Notes: a model not told the origin generated them from the letters alone. Positions 8,637 to 18,860 are shown, numbered from the stretch's first letter. The stretch: DNA of 64,000 nt from Candidatus Nealsonbacteria bacterium (GCA_016188865.1 JACPGX010000001.1:13197-77196), one strand, 5' to 3'. Program-made: numbers and translations.

Positions 8637-9663
8637 AAAGCAATACGATGATGTTTTAGAGCAGCTCAGTTCTCCTGAGCTTCTTTCAAATTGGGTAAGA
8701 TTCGAAGAGCTATCAAAAGAAAAAAAACATCTGGAAAAAATTATAGCCAAAAATGATGAATTGCAGGATTTAAAGAATAAAATAGAGGAGAATAAAGAGA
8801 TACTAAAGGCGCGGGAAGACGGAGAGCTGGTTTCTTTGGCTGAAACCGAAATTAAACAACTCGAAGAAAAAGTAAAAATATTAGAAAAAGAATTTGACAG
8901 CTTATTAAGGGGCGAACAGGAGGAAGATCGCACTTCAGATCATTCGGCCGTAATTGTAGAAATTAGAGCTGGCGCTGGAGGGAACGAAGCTGCTCTTTTC
9001 GCCGGAGACCTTTTTAAAATGTATTCAAAATACGCTGCCTTAAACGACTGGAAGCAAAAAACGCTGGATTCGCACCAAATAGGCATTGGCGGTTTTAAGA
9101 GTCTTTGCTTTGAATTGCAGGGTAGAGATGTTTGGCAAAAAATGCAATACGAGGGCGGAGTGCACAGGGTTCAAAGAATTCCCGTAACTGAAAAACAGGG
9201 CAGAGTTCATACTTCCACTGCTTCAGTGGCTATTTTGCCAAAACCAAAAGAAACACAGCTAAAAATCAACCCTGCTGATTTAAAATTTGAAGTTTCAAAA
9301 GCCACGGGCCCCGGCGGGCAAAATGTCAACAAAAGAATGACGGCCGTCAGAGTAGTTCACTTGCCTACTGGCATTGCCGTTGATTCCCATACAGAAAGGA
9401 ACATGCAGCAGAATAAAGAGAACGCCGTAAGTATTCTTTCAGCAAAACTATTCGAAAAGCAGGAAATAGAAAAATTAGATACTCTTTCAGAAAAAAGGAA
9501 AAGCCAGATTAAGGGCGCCATGAGAGCTGAAAAAATAAGGACTTACAATTTTCCCCAGGACAGAGTCACCGACCACCGTGTTAAAAAATCGTTCCACAAT
9601 ATTGAAGGAATAATGGCCGGCGACCTCGATCCAATCGTCGAAGTTCTTGACAAGTTTTTATAA
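8614..9663 (+). CDS. prfA: peptide chain release factor 1
   Basis: 349 aa; GGQ motif (GPGGQNVNK), [14 protein letters not shown] (RF1-type PxT). Confidence 0.9.
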   Translation: MSNIESIKKQYDDVLEQLSSPELLSNWVRFEELSKEKKHLEKIIAKNDELQDLKNKIEENKEILKAREDGELVSLAETEIKQLEEKVKILEKEFDSLLRGEQEEDRTSDHSAVIVEIRAGAGGNEAALFAGDLFKMYSKYAALNDWKQKTLDSHQIGIGGFKSLCFELQGRDVWQKMQYEGGVHRVQRIPVTEKQGRVHTSTASVAILPKPKETQLKINPADLKFEVSKATGPGGQNVNKRMTAVRVVHLPTGIAVDSHTERNMQQNKENAVSILSAKLFEKQEIEKLDTLSEKRKSQIKGAMRAEKIRTYNFPQDRVTDHRVKKSFHNIEGIMAGDLDPIVEVLDKFL

Positions 9664-9675
9664 TGGGCGTATAAT
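9647..9675 (+). promoter_or_regulatory. consensus sigma70-type promoter TTGACA-17-TATAAT
   Basis: ttgaca(9647-9652) agtttttataatgggcg tataat(9670-9675), overlapping the prfA stop. Confidence 0.7.
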
Positions 9676-9681
9676 GTACTT

Positions 9682-9924
9682 GTTTATTTAAGGTCGAGGG
9701 CATTGCATTTATGGCGGGCCATTTGTGGTAGTGTGATAGCCGCCCTCCACACTACCCTTCCTCTCTGCATCTTTCAATCAAGTCAAGGATTTAGAGGGGA
9801 GGGTGTTCTAGACTGCCGCATAAGGATTATGTTGGGACACTTAATACCCAACCAGTGGAGATCTAGAACACTTATCCTTAGCAAGGATCAGCCAGTTTCT
9901 CAAAGAGAGCTGGCTTTTTGTTTT
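9682..9924 (+). ncRNA. unclassified structured RNA (~240 nt) with own promoter and terminator
   Basis: Helices 9727-9735/9748-9756, 9756-9766/9793-9803 (two G.U pairs, + sense only), 9803-9812/9862-9871, 9831-9836/9847-9852; two pseudoknot options; terminator agccag..ctggct+TTTTT at 9890-9924. Confidence 0.5.
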
Positions 9925-9939
9925 ACTTAAAATACAAGG

Positions 9940-9970
9940 AAAAATACAGGGGTTGCGCCCCTGTATTTTT
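9940..9970. repeat. hairpin at 3' flank of Y1-transposase-like gene 1
   Basis: aaaaatacagggg ttgcg cccctgtattttt, 13-bp stem. Confidence 0.8.
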
Positions 9971-9977
9971 ACTCTAA

Positions 9978-10700
9978 TTACTCTAAAACTAGGTCTTTAA
10001 TTTTTTCAAAATCCTTCTTTAATTCTGTTTTATATAAAATCCGGTCTTCAATAGATTTTTTAATCCCATCTGAACCGCCAAAGAATTCCATTACAAAATC
10101 TCTTTTTGTAACCGATGGAAAATTTGGCATTCCAATACAATCTAAGTAGTTCGACCAACGATAAGATTCTAAAAATTGAATGGCTCTTTTAATATATTTC
10201 ACTCCCACCTCTTTCCATTTTTTCTCTATTAATTCAACTGGATTAGTGAAAATATAACAAATTAAAGCCAGTAGCTGTCTATCGTTTTTTACGTGAACAG
10301 CCTTAAAACGACCCTGGAATAAAGAACCCATTCTTTTTCTATTATGTTTTAGATTAAAGTACCCAACATAACTATCGGCTAACTTCTTCATAAAAAGAGA
10401 AATGCCACCATCGACCAATTGTCTTAAAACTAAATGGTAATGATTTGGCATTAAACAAAAGGTAATAACTTCTACTAACATTTCCCTATCAGATACACGG
10501 GTTGCACCCGTGTATTTTCTTTCTTTTCTTTCAGATACCCTATCTCGCATTTTAATTAATTTTTTGTCGTTTAGCTCGTAAAGACAAAAGACAAACCTGA
10601 AATAATCAGAAACTTGTTGAAAAATACTTCTTTTTTCTACCCCTCTGTTAAAAATATGGTAAAGTTGTCCGGCAATAAATTGTGGTCGTTGTGATGGCAT
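9978..10700 (-). CDS. HUH/Y1 transposase-like protein (IS200/IS605 TnpA / RayT, COG1943-like), copy 1
   Basis: 240 aa; HUH motif LMPNHYHLVL, Tyr motif CYIFTNPV. Confidence 0.8.
   Translation of the reverse strand: MPSQRPQFIAGQLYHIFNRGVEKRSIFQQVSDYFRFVFCLYELNDKKLIKMRDRVSERKERKYTGATRVSDREMLVEVITFCLMPNHYHLVLRQLVDGGISLFMKKLADSYVGYFNLKHNRKRMGSLFQGRFKAVHVKNDRQLLALICYIFTNPVELIEKKWKEVGVKYIKRAIQFLESYRWSNYLDCIGMPNFPSVTKRDFVMEFFGGSDGIKKSIEDRILYKTELKKDFEKIKDLVLE
10493..10515. repeat. intragenic hairpin related to the flanking hairpins of copy 1
   Basis: atacacggg ttgca cccgtgtat; encodes ..YTGATRVS.. in the linker before the HUH motif. Confidence 0.75.
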
Positions 10701-10731
10701 ATTACTAAACTCACTATAATTATATCAGATT

Positions 10732-10758
10732 AAATACACGGGTGTAATCCGTGTATTT
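10732..10758. repeat. hairpin at 5' flank of Y1-transposase-like gene 1
   Basis: aaatacacgg gtgtaat ccgtgtattt, 10-bp stem. Confidence 0.8.
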
Positions 10759-10763
10759 TTAAC

Positions 10764-12194
10764 TTATTGGGATAATAAATTGATTTCTTCTTGGTATTGT
10801 TTGGCGCGCTCGATGACTGGTTTGCCATAAGCCTGCTCTTCTAACCATGTCCACGAAGAGCCGGAAAAATATTTCATTGCGGCTTTAAATTCGTTGTTTT
10901 CAGCCCCTAAATCCTTCAAATAAAGCGCTGCTGCTAGAAAAGCGTCTTTAATGTCCCAGGGATCGGGCAAGCTTCCCATAATACCTAAGATTCTTGTTTT
11001 ATATTTAACCCAGGTTGACGGAATAAATTGGGCTGGACCCATAGCCCCTCCCCAACCATACGGCTTACCTCCGGAATAAGCAGTTATCCAGCAAGAAACA
11101 GGTGTTCTCAAGTGGTCCCTTACCAAGCCCTTTGCCTGATTTAACTCCCTGATAATTTCTAGAAAAACTGGCACATCGCGCGTTGGATTCATCGTCCTTA
11201 TGCTTGCCGCCCCCGTTTGGATGCGAGTGCCGTCTCCGGTATTAATATTCTGCAGATAGCACTGGCCGACATTTTCTCCTATCTTGCCGTATCTCATTGA
11301 TTCCTGAGCTAAAATAGAAAGTAAAAAAGCTGCCCTCACTCCTGTCGCCCTTTCTACGTATTGCGCTATCTCTACAGCTTTACCGAATTCTATGCCTCCT
11401 TCAGGCACACCGATTAATTCAAACAAACGGCTTCTAATTTGCGCTGCCACTTTTTCAATTTCCTGTTTTTCTTTCAATTGTTTTTGGTATTCCTCTTCGG
11501 TAATTTTTAAATAATATTCCTGCTGAGTTTTTAATTCTGAATTTTGCTTTTTCTGAAGCGTTTGAAGATATACTTGATCCTCTAAATCATCTTTATTTGA
11601 ATCGAGAGCTTGTTTCTGACTCTCCAGGGTATTTTTTAATGATTTTATATTTGCCAATAGTTCCTGTGTTTCAAAACTTAATGATTCATAAGAAGCCAGA
11701 TTGTCAAAAAATTCAGACATTCCTTCGGCCAGCATTATTTCAATCAAGGTTCTTTGGTCTTCTTCGTTTATCTTTCTTATGACTAAAGACAACCTATCTT
11801 TTATATCTTCAATATGCAAAGAGGTTTTTCCTATGGATAGTTCCGTGTCTTTAATCTGCACGCTTAAGTCGCCGATCATCAAATTAGACTGATAAATTTG
11901 GTATTCTAAGTTTTGTATTTGTTTTCTTAAACTGGAAACTTTATTTTGCAAAGTTTGTTTTTCTTTTTCCGTTTTGCTCAAATCCTGACCGATTCTGGCC
12001 GATTCTTCCTTATAATATTGATCGCATTTTTCTAAAAGCTGGCGGCACTGGGTCGGTTCAATGCTGCTGCAGCTTTTTTCGATATTATTTATATCGCAAA
12101 TCTCAGCAAACTCGCCTTGGGCTGAAATAAAAAACTCCGGCAGCGCTAAAGCCGAAGCAAAAATAATAAAAATTATTTTTGGGACAAATTTCAT
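10764..12194 (-). CDS. secreted coiled-coil protein with C-terminal lytic transglycosylase-like domain
   Basis: 476 aa; N-terminal signal/TM, long coiled coil, C-terminal ..LAQESMRYG.. and GGAMGPAQFIPSTW motifs. Confidence 0.65.
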   Translation of the reverse strand: MKFVPKIIFIIFASALALPEFFISAQGEFAEICDINNIEKSCSSIEPTQCRQLLEKCDQYYKEESARIGQDLSKTEKEKQTLQNKVSSLRKQIQNLEYQIYQSNLMIGDLSVQIKDTELSIGKTSLHIEDIKDRLSLVIRKINEEDQRTLIEIMLAEGMSEFFDNLASYESLSFETQELLANIKSLKNTLESQKQALDSNKDDLEDQVYLQTLQKKQNSELKTQQEYYLKITEEEYQKQLKEKQEIEKVAAQIRSRLFELIGVPEGGIEFGKAVEIAQYVERATGVRAAFLLSILAQESMRYGKIGENVGQCYLQNINTGDGTRIQTGAASIRTMNPTRDVPVFLEIIRELNQAKGLVRDHLRTPVSCWITAYSGGKPYGWGGAMGPAQFIPSTWVKYKTRILGIMGSLPDPWDIKDAFLAAALYLKDLGAENNEFKAAMKYFSGSSWTWLEEQAYGKPVIERAKQYQEEINLLSQ

Positions 12195-12859
12195 TTTTTA
12201 GGAGTTTCCTCTTTATGAGCTTCCTCCTCAACTGGTTTCTTTTCTTTTTCAACAACCTTCACTTCTTCAACTTTTTCCTCAACCGGTTTGGCTAACTCTT
12301 CTTCAACTTTTTCCGGCGGAGCTACAGAAACCACTATTTCATCAAGACCTTTAATAATTTCTACGCCTTGAGCTAATTTTAAGTCTTTGACTAAAATATG
12401 GTCTTCAAAGGTATTCAAGCCGCTAATATTGATAATAATTTCTTTCGGGAGGCTCTGCGGTAAAGCTTTAACTTTAATCTGCGAGATATTCTTAATTAAA
12501 GTCCCTCCCAGGTCTTTGACGGCTAAAGATTCTCCTTCCAAAACTACCGGGATATCAACTTCAATTTTTTCTTCAAGAGACGGCTGATATAAATCAACGT
12601 GCATAAACTGGCCGGTTAGGGAATCCTTCGCTGGATTATGAACCAAAACCAAATACTTCTCTTTATTGCTCAATTCAAGCGAAATTAACGTATTCTCTCC
12701 AGCTTCTTTATAAACTTTTTCAAACTCTTTCAGGTTAATTTCTAACGATTGATTTTTAATTTTAGGCCCATACAAAACAGCGGGCAATAAGCCTTTTTGG
12801 CGGAGATTTTTCACTTTTTTGCCGAGTTCTTTACGAATTTTGGCTGATAAAATAATCAT
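12191..12859 (-). CDS. rplY: 50S ribosomal protein L25/Ctc
   Basis: ..LSAKIRKELGKKVKNLRQKGLLPAVLYG..; ATG 12859 forms ATGA overlap with ferredoxin stop; acidic/lysine-rich tail. Confidence 0.8.
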   Translation of the reverse strand: MIILSAKIRKELGKKVKNLRQKGLLPAVLYGPKIKNQSLEINLKEFEKVYKEAGENTLISLELSNKEKYLVLVHNPAKDSLTGQFMHVDLYQPSLEEKIEVDIPVVLEGESLAVKDLGGTLIKNISQIKVKALPQSLPKEIIINISGLNTFEDHILVKDLKLAQGVEIIKGLDEIVVSVAPPEKVEEELAKPVEEKVEEVKVVEKEKKPVEEEAHKEETPKK

Positions 12860-13074
12860 TTTTCTATATGAATGCATTGTACCGGACAAATGTCGGCAGC
12901 TTCCTGATTACAGGCCAAATCAGAAACTTCCAGCTCGTATTTTTCATCTTCTTTCTTGGCAGAACCAAGCAGGTTTATCTTGGCATCATCGCCCATTTCC
13001 CAATTTTTCGGGCAAACCGCCTGGCATGACCCGCAGCCAATGCAAATATTTCTTTCTAATATAATTTTTGACAT
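12856..13074 (-). CDS. small 4Fe-4S ferredoxin
   Basis: 72 aa; CIGCGSCQAVCP .. CP cluster motif. Confidence 0.75.
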   Translation of the reverse strand: MSKIILERNICIGCGSCQAVCPKNWEMGDDAKINLLGSAKKEDEKYELEVSDLACNQEAADICPVQCIHIEK

Positions 13075-13077
13075 AAA

Positions 13078-14181
13078 TTATTTTTTCTTAGTGACAAATT
13101 TTTTCTCCAATTCTTTAAGGGTATCCATTACGCCGGTATATTCCAACTCTGACATGGGCAGCATGGCCTGGCCATAGAATCCCTGGCGCCTTATTTCTTC
13201 AGCTTTTTGGGCAACCTTTCTTCTTATATAGTCCCAATAAGGATGGTCAAAAGCATCTGCCGGCTCTGTAAGCTTACCATCTTTCACGCAAAATGCCAAG
13301 CAGCTGACAACTGGAGGCCCGTCAAAGAAAGAAATCGGCGAATTTTTCTTAACCGGCATTAAAGGTCCCGCATGCGAGCCTCTCATAAAGCCAGCCACAA
13401 AGGGGCCTATAGAGTAGGGCGATAAAATCTCGCCAGTTGCTGGAAAATCTTTTTGAGACCGGACTAATGCTACCGGATCGTCTTTGCCTGTATATTTTCC
13501 GGCTATATTATGAAGCCGGGTGGTGCTCACTGAAGCTACCTGCTCGCCAGTGGCTCTTGACCAGACTGATTCAACTACAAATCTGTTGGGGTCTCTCAAT
13601 AAAACAGCGACGTCATAAATGTTTTCGGGCGTATAAAGTTCTATAATCCTGTCGGCTTCAGTATGAGAAACATCCATTATCACGAACTTAAAACCCTTCT
13701 TTATATTCGGCGAAAGCAAAAGTCCGGCATTATGCATGGGGTCGGAAAAGGTTAAATACATGGGCAGACTGTAAGCTCCGGGATCAGTTTTATCGGCCGC
13801 AAACATCAAAAATGGTTCAGCCGGCCTTTCTTCAATCTCCATTTCCGCCACAGCCGGCCCCATACCCTTAACATTTCCGGAAAAACTATCTTTCAATAAA
13901 TCTTGGCCTGCGCCATAAAGACCTTGGGCTTTAGCAATTTTTGTGCCCTCGATAAAAGCATCCCAACAAAGCTTATGAACTTGCTCATTCAAAGTCCCCT
14001 TTGTGTGAGTGCTTAAAATGGCTATATCATCGCCAGTGTGGCCGATATAAGAGTCAATCAATAAACCCTTGCCATGTTCTTTTATATAGCTTTCTACAGT
14101 TTGGAGTAATTTTTCACTCGGCTTTATATGTCCGCCGATTGATCCAATATCGGCTTTAATTATAGATAAGGTTATTTTCAT
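13078..14181 (-). CDS. fbp: fructose-1,6-bisphosphate aldolase/phosphatase (archaeal type V)
   Basis: 367 aa; MKITLSIIKADIGSIGGH..GHTGDDI.. characteristic N-terminus. Confidence 0.85.
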   Translation of the reverse strand: MKITLSIIKADIGSIGGHIKPSEKLLQTVESYIKEHGKGLLIDSYIGHTGDDIAILSTHTKGTLNEQVHKLCWDAFIEGTKIAKAQGLYGAGQDLLKDSFSGNVKGMGPAVAEMEIEERPAEPFLMFAADKTDPGAYSLPMYLTFSDPMHNAGLLLSPNIKKGFKFVIMDVSHTEADRIIELYTPENIYDVAVLLRDPNRFVVESVWSRATGEQVASVSTTRLHNIAGKYTGKDDPVALVRSQKDFPATGEILSPYSIGPFVAGFMRGSHAGPLMPVKKNSPISFFDGPPVVSCLAFCVKDGKLTEPADAFDHPYWDYIRRKVAQKAEEIRRQGFYGQAMLPMSELEYTGVMDTLKELEKKFVTKKK

Positions 14182-14226
14182 ATATTTATAAATTAATTAT
14201 ATTTTCATTATATCTCGACTTTTTAA

Positions 14227-16545
14227 TTATACTTTTTTCTTAGATAAATGCAAAATAGTCTTAATAACGGTATCGGGGTTGAGGGAGATTGACTCTATCC
14301 CCTCTCTGACGAGAAATTCGGCAAAGTCCGGAAAATCGGATGGCGCCTGGCCGCAGATTCCGCAGTATTTTCCCCTTTCCTTGCATATTCTTATGACTCT
14401 GGAAATCATATGTTTAACAGCTTCGTTTCTTTCATTACTAATATGGGAAATTAAGGCATTATCCCTATCTATGCCTAAAGCTAATTGAGTTAAATCGTTG
14501 GAACCTACGCTCATTCCATCAAAAATATCCAAAAACGCAGGAGCCAGAATAACATTAGACGGAATTTCGCACATCATAATTACCTTTAGGCCATCAATGC
14601 CTCTCTTCAAGCCAGCTTCCTCTATTATTTTTAAAACCTTTTTTCCCTCTTCCACTGTTCTGCAAAAGGGCACCATTGCCCAAATATTTTTCAAGCCAAA
14701 CTCTTTTCTGGCTTTTTTCATTGCTTGGCATTCCAATAAAAAGGCTTTTTTGAATTTCGGGTCATAATATCTTGAAGCTCCCCTCCAGCCAAGCATAGGA
14801 TTTTCTTCTTTTGGTTCAAACTTTTCTCCGCCTATTAAAGACGCGTATTCGTTGGTTTTAAAATCGGAAAATCTGACAATTACGGGGTGAGGCCAAAAAG
14901 CCGAGGCAATTTGGCCTATGCCTCTGGCTAGCTCATCAACAAAGTAATTGCTTTTTCCCTGCCTGATTAATTCCAATGGATGAGTTTTAATTTTAGAAGC
15001 AATAATGAATTCTTCTCTTGCAAGACCCACTCCCTGATGCGGTAAAAAAGAAGTCTTAAAAGCTAAAGAGGGCTGACCGATGTTAACCATTATTTTTGTT
15101 TTTATTTTAGGTATTCTATCTAAGCTGTATTCGTGCTCCTGCCATTTTAGTTTGCCGCTGTATATTTTCCCAACTTCGCCGCCTGAACAATCCATGGTGA
15201 TAAGATCGCCAGTTTTTAAAACAGCTGTCGCCTGCTTTGCGCCGACAATGCAGGTAACTCCCAACTCCCGAGAAACAATAGCGGCATGGGAAGTTCTCCC
15301 GCCGGTATCGGTGATAATCCCCGAAGACTTTCTCATCACCGGCTCCCAATCTGGATTAGTGGTGGTAGTTACCAATACCTCGCCTTCTTTAAATTCTTTA
15401 ATTTTTTTAATATCTCTTATTACCCTCACTCTCCCGGAAGTTATTTTATCTCCGATAGCAATGCCTTCAGCTAATAATTGAGGCTTTTTTTCTTTTAAAA
15501 TATATTCTTTAAAAATCATCTTTTCTTTGCGGACATGAACGGTTTCCGGCCTTGCCTGCACAATAAAGATTTTGCCTGATTTGCCATCTTTTGCCCATTC
15601 TATATCCATTGGCATGCCATAATGTTTCTCAATCGTAATTGCCCACTTTGCCAATGTTAAAATCTCATCTTCGATTAAACAAAATTTACTGCGATCTTTT
15701 GGAGCAACCAAAACTTCAGCCAATCCGGATTTACTATAAATTATTTTTTTCTTTTTTGTGCCTAAATTTTTAACAATTATGGGCCTGAAACCCTGCTCTA
15801 ATGTTGGCTTAAAAACATAGAATTCATCTGGTATAATTTTCCCCTGAACCACCATTTCGCCAACTCCGTAAGAACCGTTAATCAAGACAACATTGCTAAA
15901 GCCGGTTTCGGTATCCAAAGTAAAAATAACTCCAGCAGATCCCAAGTCCGACCTCACCATTTTCTGCACTCCTACGGATAGAGCAATTTTTAAATGGTCG
16001 AATCTCCCCTTCTCCCTGTAGGAAATAGCTCTGTCGGTGAATAAGGAAGCAATGCATTTTTGAACTGATTTCAATAAGGAATCTTCTCCAAAAACATTCA
16101 AATAAGTTTCATGCTGGCCGGCAAAAGAAGCTGTGGGCAAATCTTCGGCCGTAGCTGAAGATCTTATTGCAACGTCGGTATCTTTGCCGTATTCTTGGCA
16201 AAGTTTTCCGTAAGCTAATTTTAGTTCTTGAGCCAAATCTGTCGGAAAACAAGCATTTAAAATTAAATTTCTTAATTTTTTGCCTCTTTCTTGGAGATTT
16301 TGGACATTAGTAATATCTAAATCTTTTAAGGTCTTTGCTATTTTATCTTTTAATTTATTCTCCTCTATAAACTTCCAATATGCTTTAGCAGTCAAAGCAA
16401 AACCATTGGGGATATTAACTCCCTGAAACGAGAGGTTTCTTTTCATCTCGCCCAAAGAAGCATTTTTCCCTCCAACTAGCGAGACATCTTTAGCCGAAAT
16501 ATCCTTAAACCATAGGATATATTTTTGATATTTTGCTAAGGACAT
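14227..16545 (-). CDS. ppsA: phosphoenolpyruvate synthase (pyruvate, water dikinase)
   Basis: 772 aa; phosphohistidine motif GGRTSHAAIVSRELG, C-terminal PEP-utilising TIM barrel. Confidence 0.9.
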   Translation of the reverse strand: MSLAKYQKYILWFKDISAKDVSLVGGKNASLGEMKRNLSFQGVNIPNGFALTAKAYWKFIEENKLKDKIAKTLKDLDITNVQNLQERGKKLRNLILNACFPTDLAQELKLAYGKLCQEYGKDTDVAIRSSATAEDLPTASFAGQHETYLNVFGEDSLLKSVQKCIASLFTDRAISYREKGRFDHLKIALSVGVQKMVRSDLGSAGVIFTLDTETGFSNVVLINGSYGVGEMVVQGKIIPDEFYVFKPTLEQGFRPIIVKNLGTKKKKIIYSKSGLAEVLVAPKDRSKFCLIEDEILTLAKWAITIEKHYGMPMDIEWAKDGKSGKIFIVQARPETVHVRKEKMIFKEYILKEKKPQLLAEGIAIGDKITSGRVRVIRDIKKIKEFKEGEVLVTTTTNPDWEPVMRKSSGIITDTGGRTSHAAIVSRELGVTCIVGAKQATAVLKTGDLITMDCSGGEVGKIYSGKLKWQEHEYSLDRIPKIKTKIMVNIGQPSLAFKTSFLPHQGVGLAREEFIIASKIKTHPLELIRQGKSNYFVDELARGIGQIASAFWPHPVIVRFSDFKTNEYASLIGGEKFEPKEENPMLGWRGASRYYDPKFKKAFLLECQAMKKARKEFGLKNIWAMVPFCRTVEEGKKVLKIIEEAGLKRGIDGLKVIMMCEIPSNVILAPAFLDIFDGMSVGSNDLTQLALGIDRDNALISHISNERNEAVKHMISRVIRICKERGKYCGICGQAPSDFPDFAEFLVREGIESISLNPDTVIKTILHLSKKKV

Positions 16546-16979
16546 TGACAGCTTGATGAATTAATTGCCGTACAATTTAACTTTACTGATAAGCCAGCCG
16601 ATTCAACGCACCATGATTTATTGAAATCGGTTCTTAGGGGAGAAGAGGCTGCGAAATTTTTTTTATTAGCGCTTTCAAAACAAGTAATATTTCTGTTGCC
16701 ATTCTCTCTCTTTACGCCTGCTTCCAAAGTCCCAAATTCGCCGCTGTTGCTTAAAGTATTGTCTGCCTCATCGCACACTGCGGTATAAGTTTCAATTCCC
16801 TGCTGGCTATAACTTAATTCAGCGGCATTTCTTAATTGATGCATTAAAGTTTGAATTTGAGCGTCGCTGGCTTGCTGGCGAGTTTGTCCGGCATTAACTA
16901 TGATAAAACTGGCTAACAAACCGATGATGGCTATAACCACCAAAAGCTCAATCAAAGTAAACCCATTTTTTTTATCCAT
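16536..16979 (-). CDS. type IV pilin-like protein (prepilin N-terminal methylation motif)
   Basis: 147 aa; KNGFTLIELLVVIAIIGLL; overlaps acs stop and ppsA start. Confidence 0.8.
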   Translation of the reverse strand: MDKKNGFTLIELLVVIAIIGLLASFIIVNAGQTRQQASDAQIQTLMHQLRNAAELSYSQQGIETYTAVCDEADNTLSNSGEFGTLEAGVKRENGNRNITCFESANKKNFAASSPLRTDFNKSWCVESAGLSVKLNCTAINSSSCQCP

Positions 16980-18834
16980 AAATTAGTTTTTTAATTTTAT
17001 CAACGCTTTCTGGATTGGCTAAAGTTGATAGATCTCCCAGTTCTTCTCCTGTAAATAACTTTCTTAAAATCCTCCTCATAATTTTGCCCGATCTGGTCTT
17101 TGGCAAATCTTCAACTAAATAAATTTCTTTAGGCAAAGCAATGGGGCCGATGCCTTTTTGAATCTGGGCGATTACCTCTCTTTTGATTTCCTCGACAGGC
17201 CTTGCTCCTTTATAAATAACGAAGGTTACCGGCACTTCTCCTTTTATTTTATCGGGAATTCCCACCACGGCGCATTCTGAAATTTCCGGATGATCGTTGA
17301 CGGCAGCTTCCATTTCGCCCGTACTGATTCTATGGCCGGCTACTTTAATTACATCGTCAACCCTACCTATTACTCTAATTAAGCCGTGCTCATCCATAAT
17401 AGCTCCGTCGGAAGTGAAATAAACTTTTTTACCGTATTGAGACCAATAAGTTTCGAGATACTTTTCTGGATTATGGTAAATTCCTCTTAATAAACTCGGG
17501 GCGAAGGGCGGCAGAATAACTAAGTTCCCATGCTTGCCGTTTTGCCCATCCCTGATTTCAGTTTTCACTCCGGGGAATGGCAAACCGGTAAATGCCGGCT
17601 TAAATGGTCCTAATCCCGGCAATGAAGTCAGCAAGATGCCGCCTGTTTCCGTCTGCCACCAGGTGTCGACTATCGGGCATTTTTCTTTCCCCACATTTTT
17701 ATAATACCACAACCAAGCCGACTCATCGATCGGCTCGCCAACTGTGCCCAGCAGTCTTAATTTTTTAAATTGATATTTTTTAATGATATCTTCGCCATAT
17801 TTTTCAAACATTCTAATAGCTGTAGGAGCAGTATAAAATACGGTAACTCCGTATTTTTCAATAATCTGCGCCCACCTATCGGGCGTTGGAAAATCAGGCA
17901 CTCCCTCAAACATCAAAGTGGCAATACCATTCATCAGGGGAGAATAAATAGTATATGTATGACCGGTAATCCAGCCGGGATCGGAAGTACACCAAAAAAC
18001 ATCGTCTTCGTGGAAATCGAAAATATATCTGCCGGTCCAATAAGCCTGAACTGAGTATCCTCCGCAAGCATGCATGCAACCTTTTGGTTTTCCGGTTGAT
18101 CCAGAAGTATAAAGAATAAATTGTAAATCCTCCGAATCCATAAAAACGGCTTTGCAGAAATCATCTTCTTTATGCCAGGGTGCTTTGTTAGATCTTTCTA
18201 CCACGATCAATTTCTTTACCTTCGTTCCTTTAATGCTCTCTTCAACGTTTTTAAATAAATTAATAAGCTGACCTCTCCGATAGTAGCTATCTGCGGTAAT
18301 TAAAACTTTAGCTCCTGTATCCTGCAGCCTCACCTTTAAAGCATTAGGAGAAAAAGCGGAAAATACCACGCTGTGCACGGCTCCTATTCTGGCGCAAGCG
18401 AGCATAGCTATTACTACTTCTGGAATCATGGGCAGATATATGCCCACCCTATCGCCTTTTTTAACTCCCAGTCCCTTAAGATGATTGGCGCATTTGCAAA
18501 CTTCTTTAAAAAGTTCCTGATAGGTAAAAACTTTTGATTTTTCGTTAAGAGACTCAGGCTCCCAAATCAAGGCAATCTTATCTTTTTTCACCACCCAATC
18601 TTTTTCAAAAATATTGGCAGTAATATTTATTTTTCCGCCGGCAAACCACTGAAAATTGGGCGGCTTATGTATAAAGCCCTTTTTCCACAACTTAAACCAA
18701 AAAAGATCTTTGGCTAATTTCTCCCAAAATTTAACCGGATCTTTTGCCGCTTCTTTATAAATTTTCGGATCGCTAACCCAGGCATTTTTTTTAAATTCCT
18801 CGGTTGGATAATATAGTTCGCCCCTTTTAATCAT
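16972..18834 (-). CDS. acs: acetyl-CoA synthetase (AMP-forming)
   Basis: 620 aa; YTSGSTGKPKG AMP-binding motif, ..WWQTETGG.. Confidence 0.9.
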   Translation of the reverse strand: MIKRGELYYPTEEFKKNAWVSDPKIYKEAAKDPVKFWEKLAKDLFWFKLWKKGFIHKPPNFQWFAGGKINITANIFEKDWVVKKDKIALIWEPESLNEKSKVFTYQELFKEVCKCANHLKGLGVKKGDRVGIYLPMIPEVVIAMLACARIGAVHSVVFSAFSPNALKVRLQDTGAKVLITADSYYRRGQLINLFKNVEESIKGTKVKKLIVVERSNKAPWHKEDDFCKAVFMDSEDLQFILYTSGSTGKPKGCMHACGGYSVQAYWTGRYIFDFHEDDVFWCTSDPGWITGHTYTIYSPLMNGIATLMFEGVPDFPTPDRWAQIIEKYGVTVFYTAPTAIRMFEKYGEDIIKKYQFKKLRLLGTVGEPIDESAWLWYYKNVGKEKCPIVDTWWQTETGGILLTSLPGLGPFKPAFTGLPFPGVKTEIRDGQNGKHGNLVILPPFAPSLLRGIYHNPEKYLETYWSQYGKKVYFTSDGAIMDEHGLIRVIGRVDDVIKVAGHRISTGEMEAAVNDHPEISECAVVGIPDKIKGEVPVTFVIYKGARPVEEIKREVIAQIQKGIGPIALPKEIYLVEDLPKTRSGKIMRRILRKLFTGEELGDLSTLANPESVDKIKKLIYG

Positions 18835-18840
18835 TGATTT

Positions 18841-18849
18841 ATTATACCA
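18841..18849 (-). promoter_or_regulatory. extended -10 (TGGTATAAT) 6 nt upstream of acs ATG, leaderless geometry
   Basis: Minus strand ..attGGTATAATaaatcaATG. Confidence 0.5.
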
Positions 18850-18860
18850 ATTATCCCGAA

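Noticed and set aside
9703-9930. 75-aa ORF on plus strand
   Set aside because: It has no SD and an implausible composition, and it is completely covered by helices of the promoter/terminator-bounded RNA candidate.
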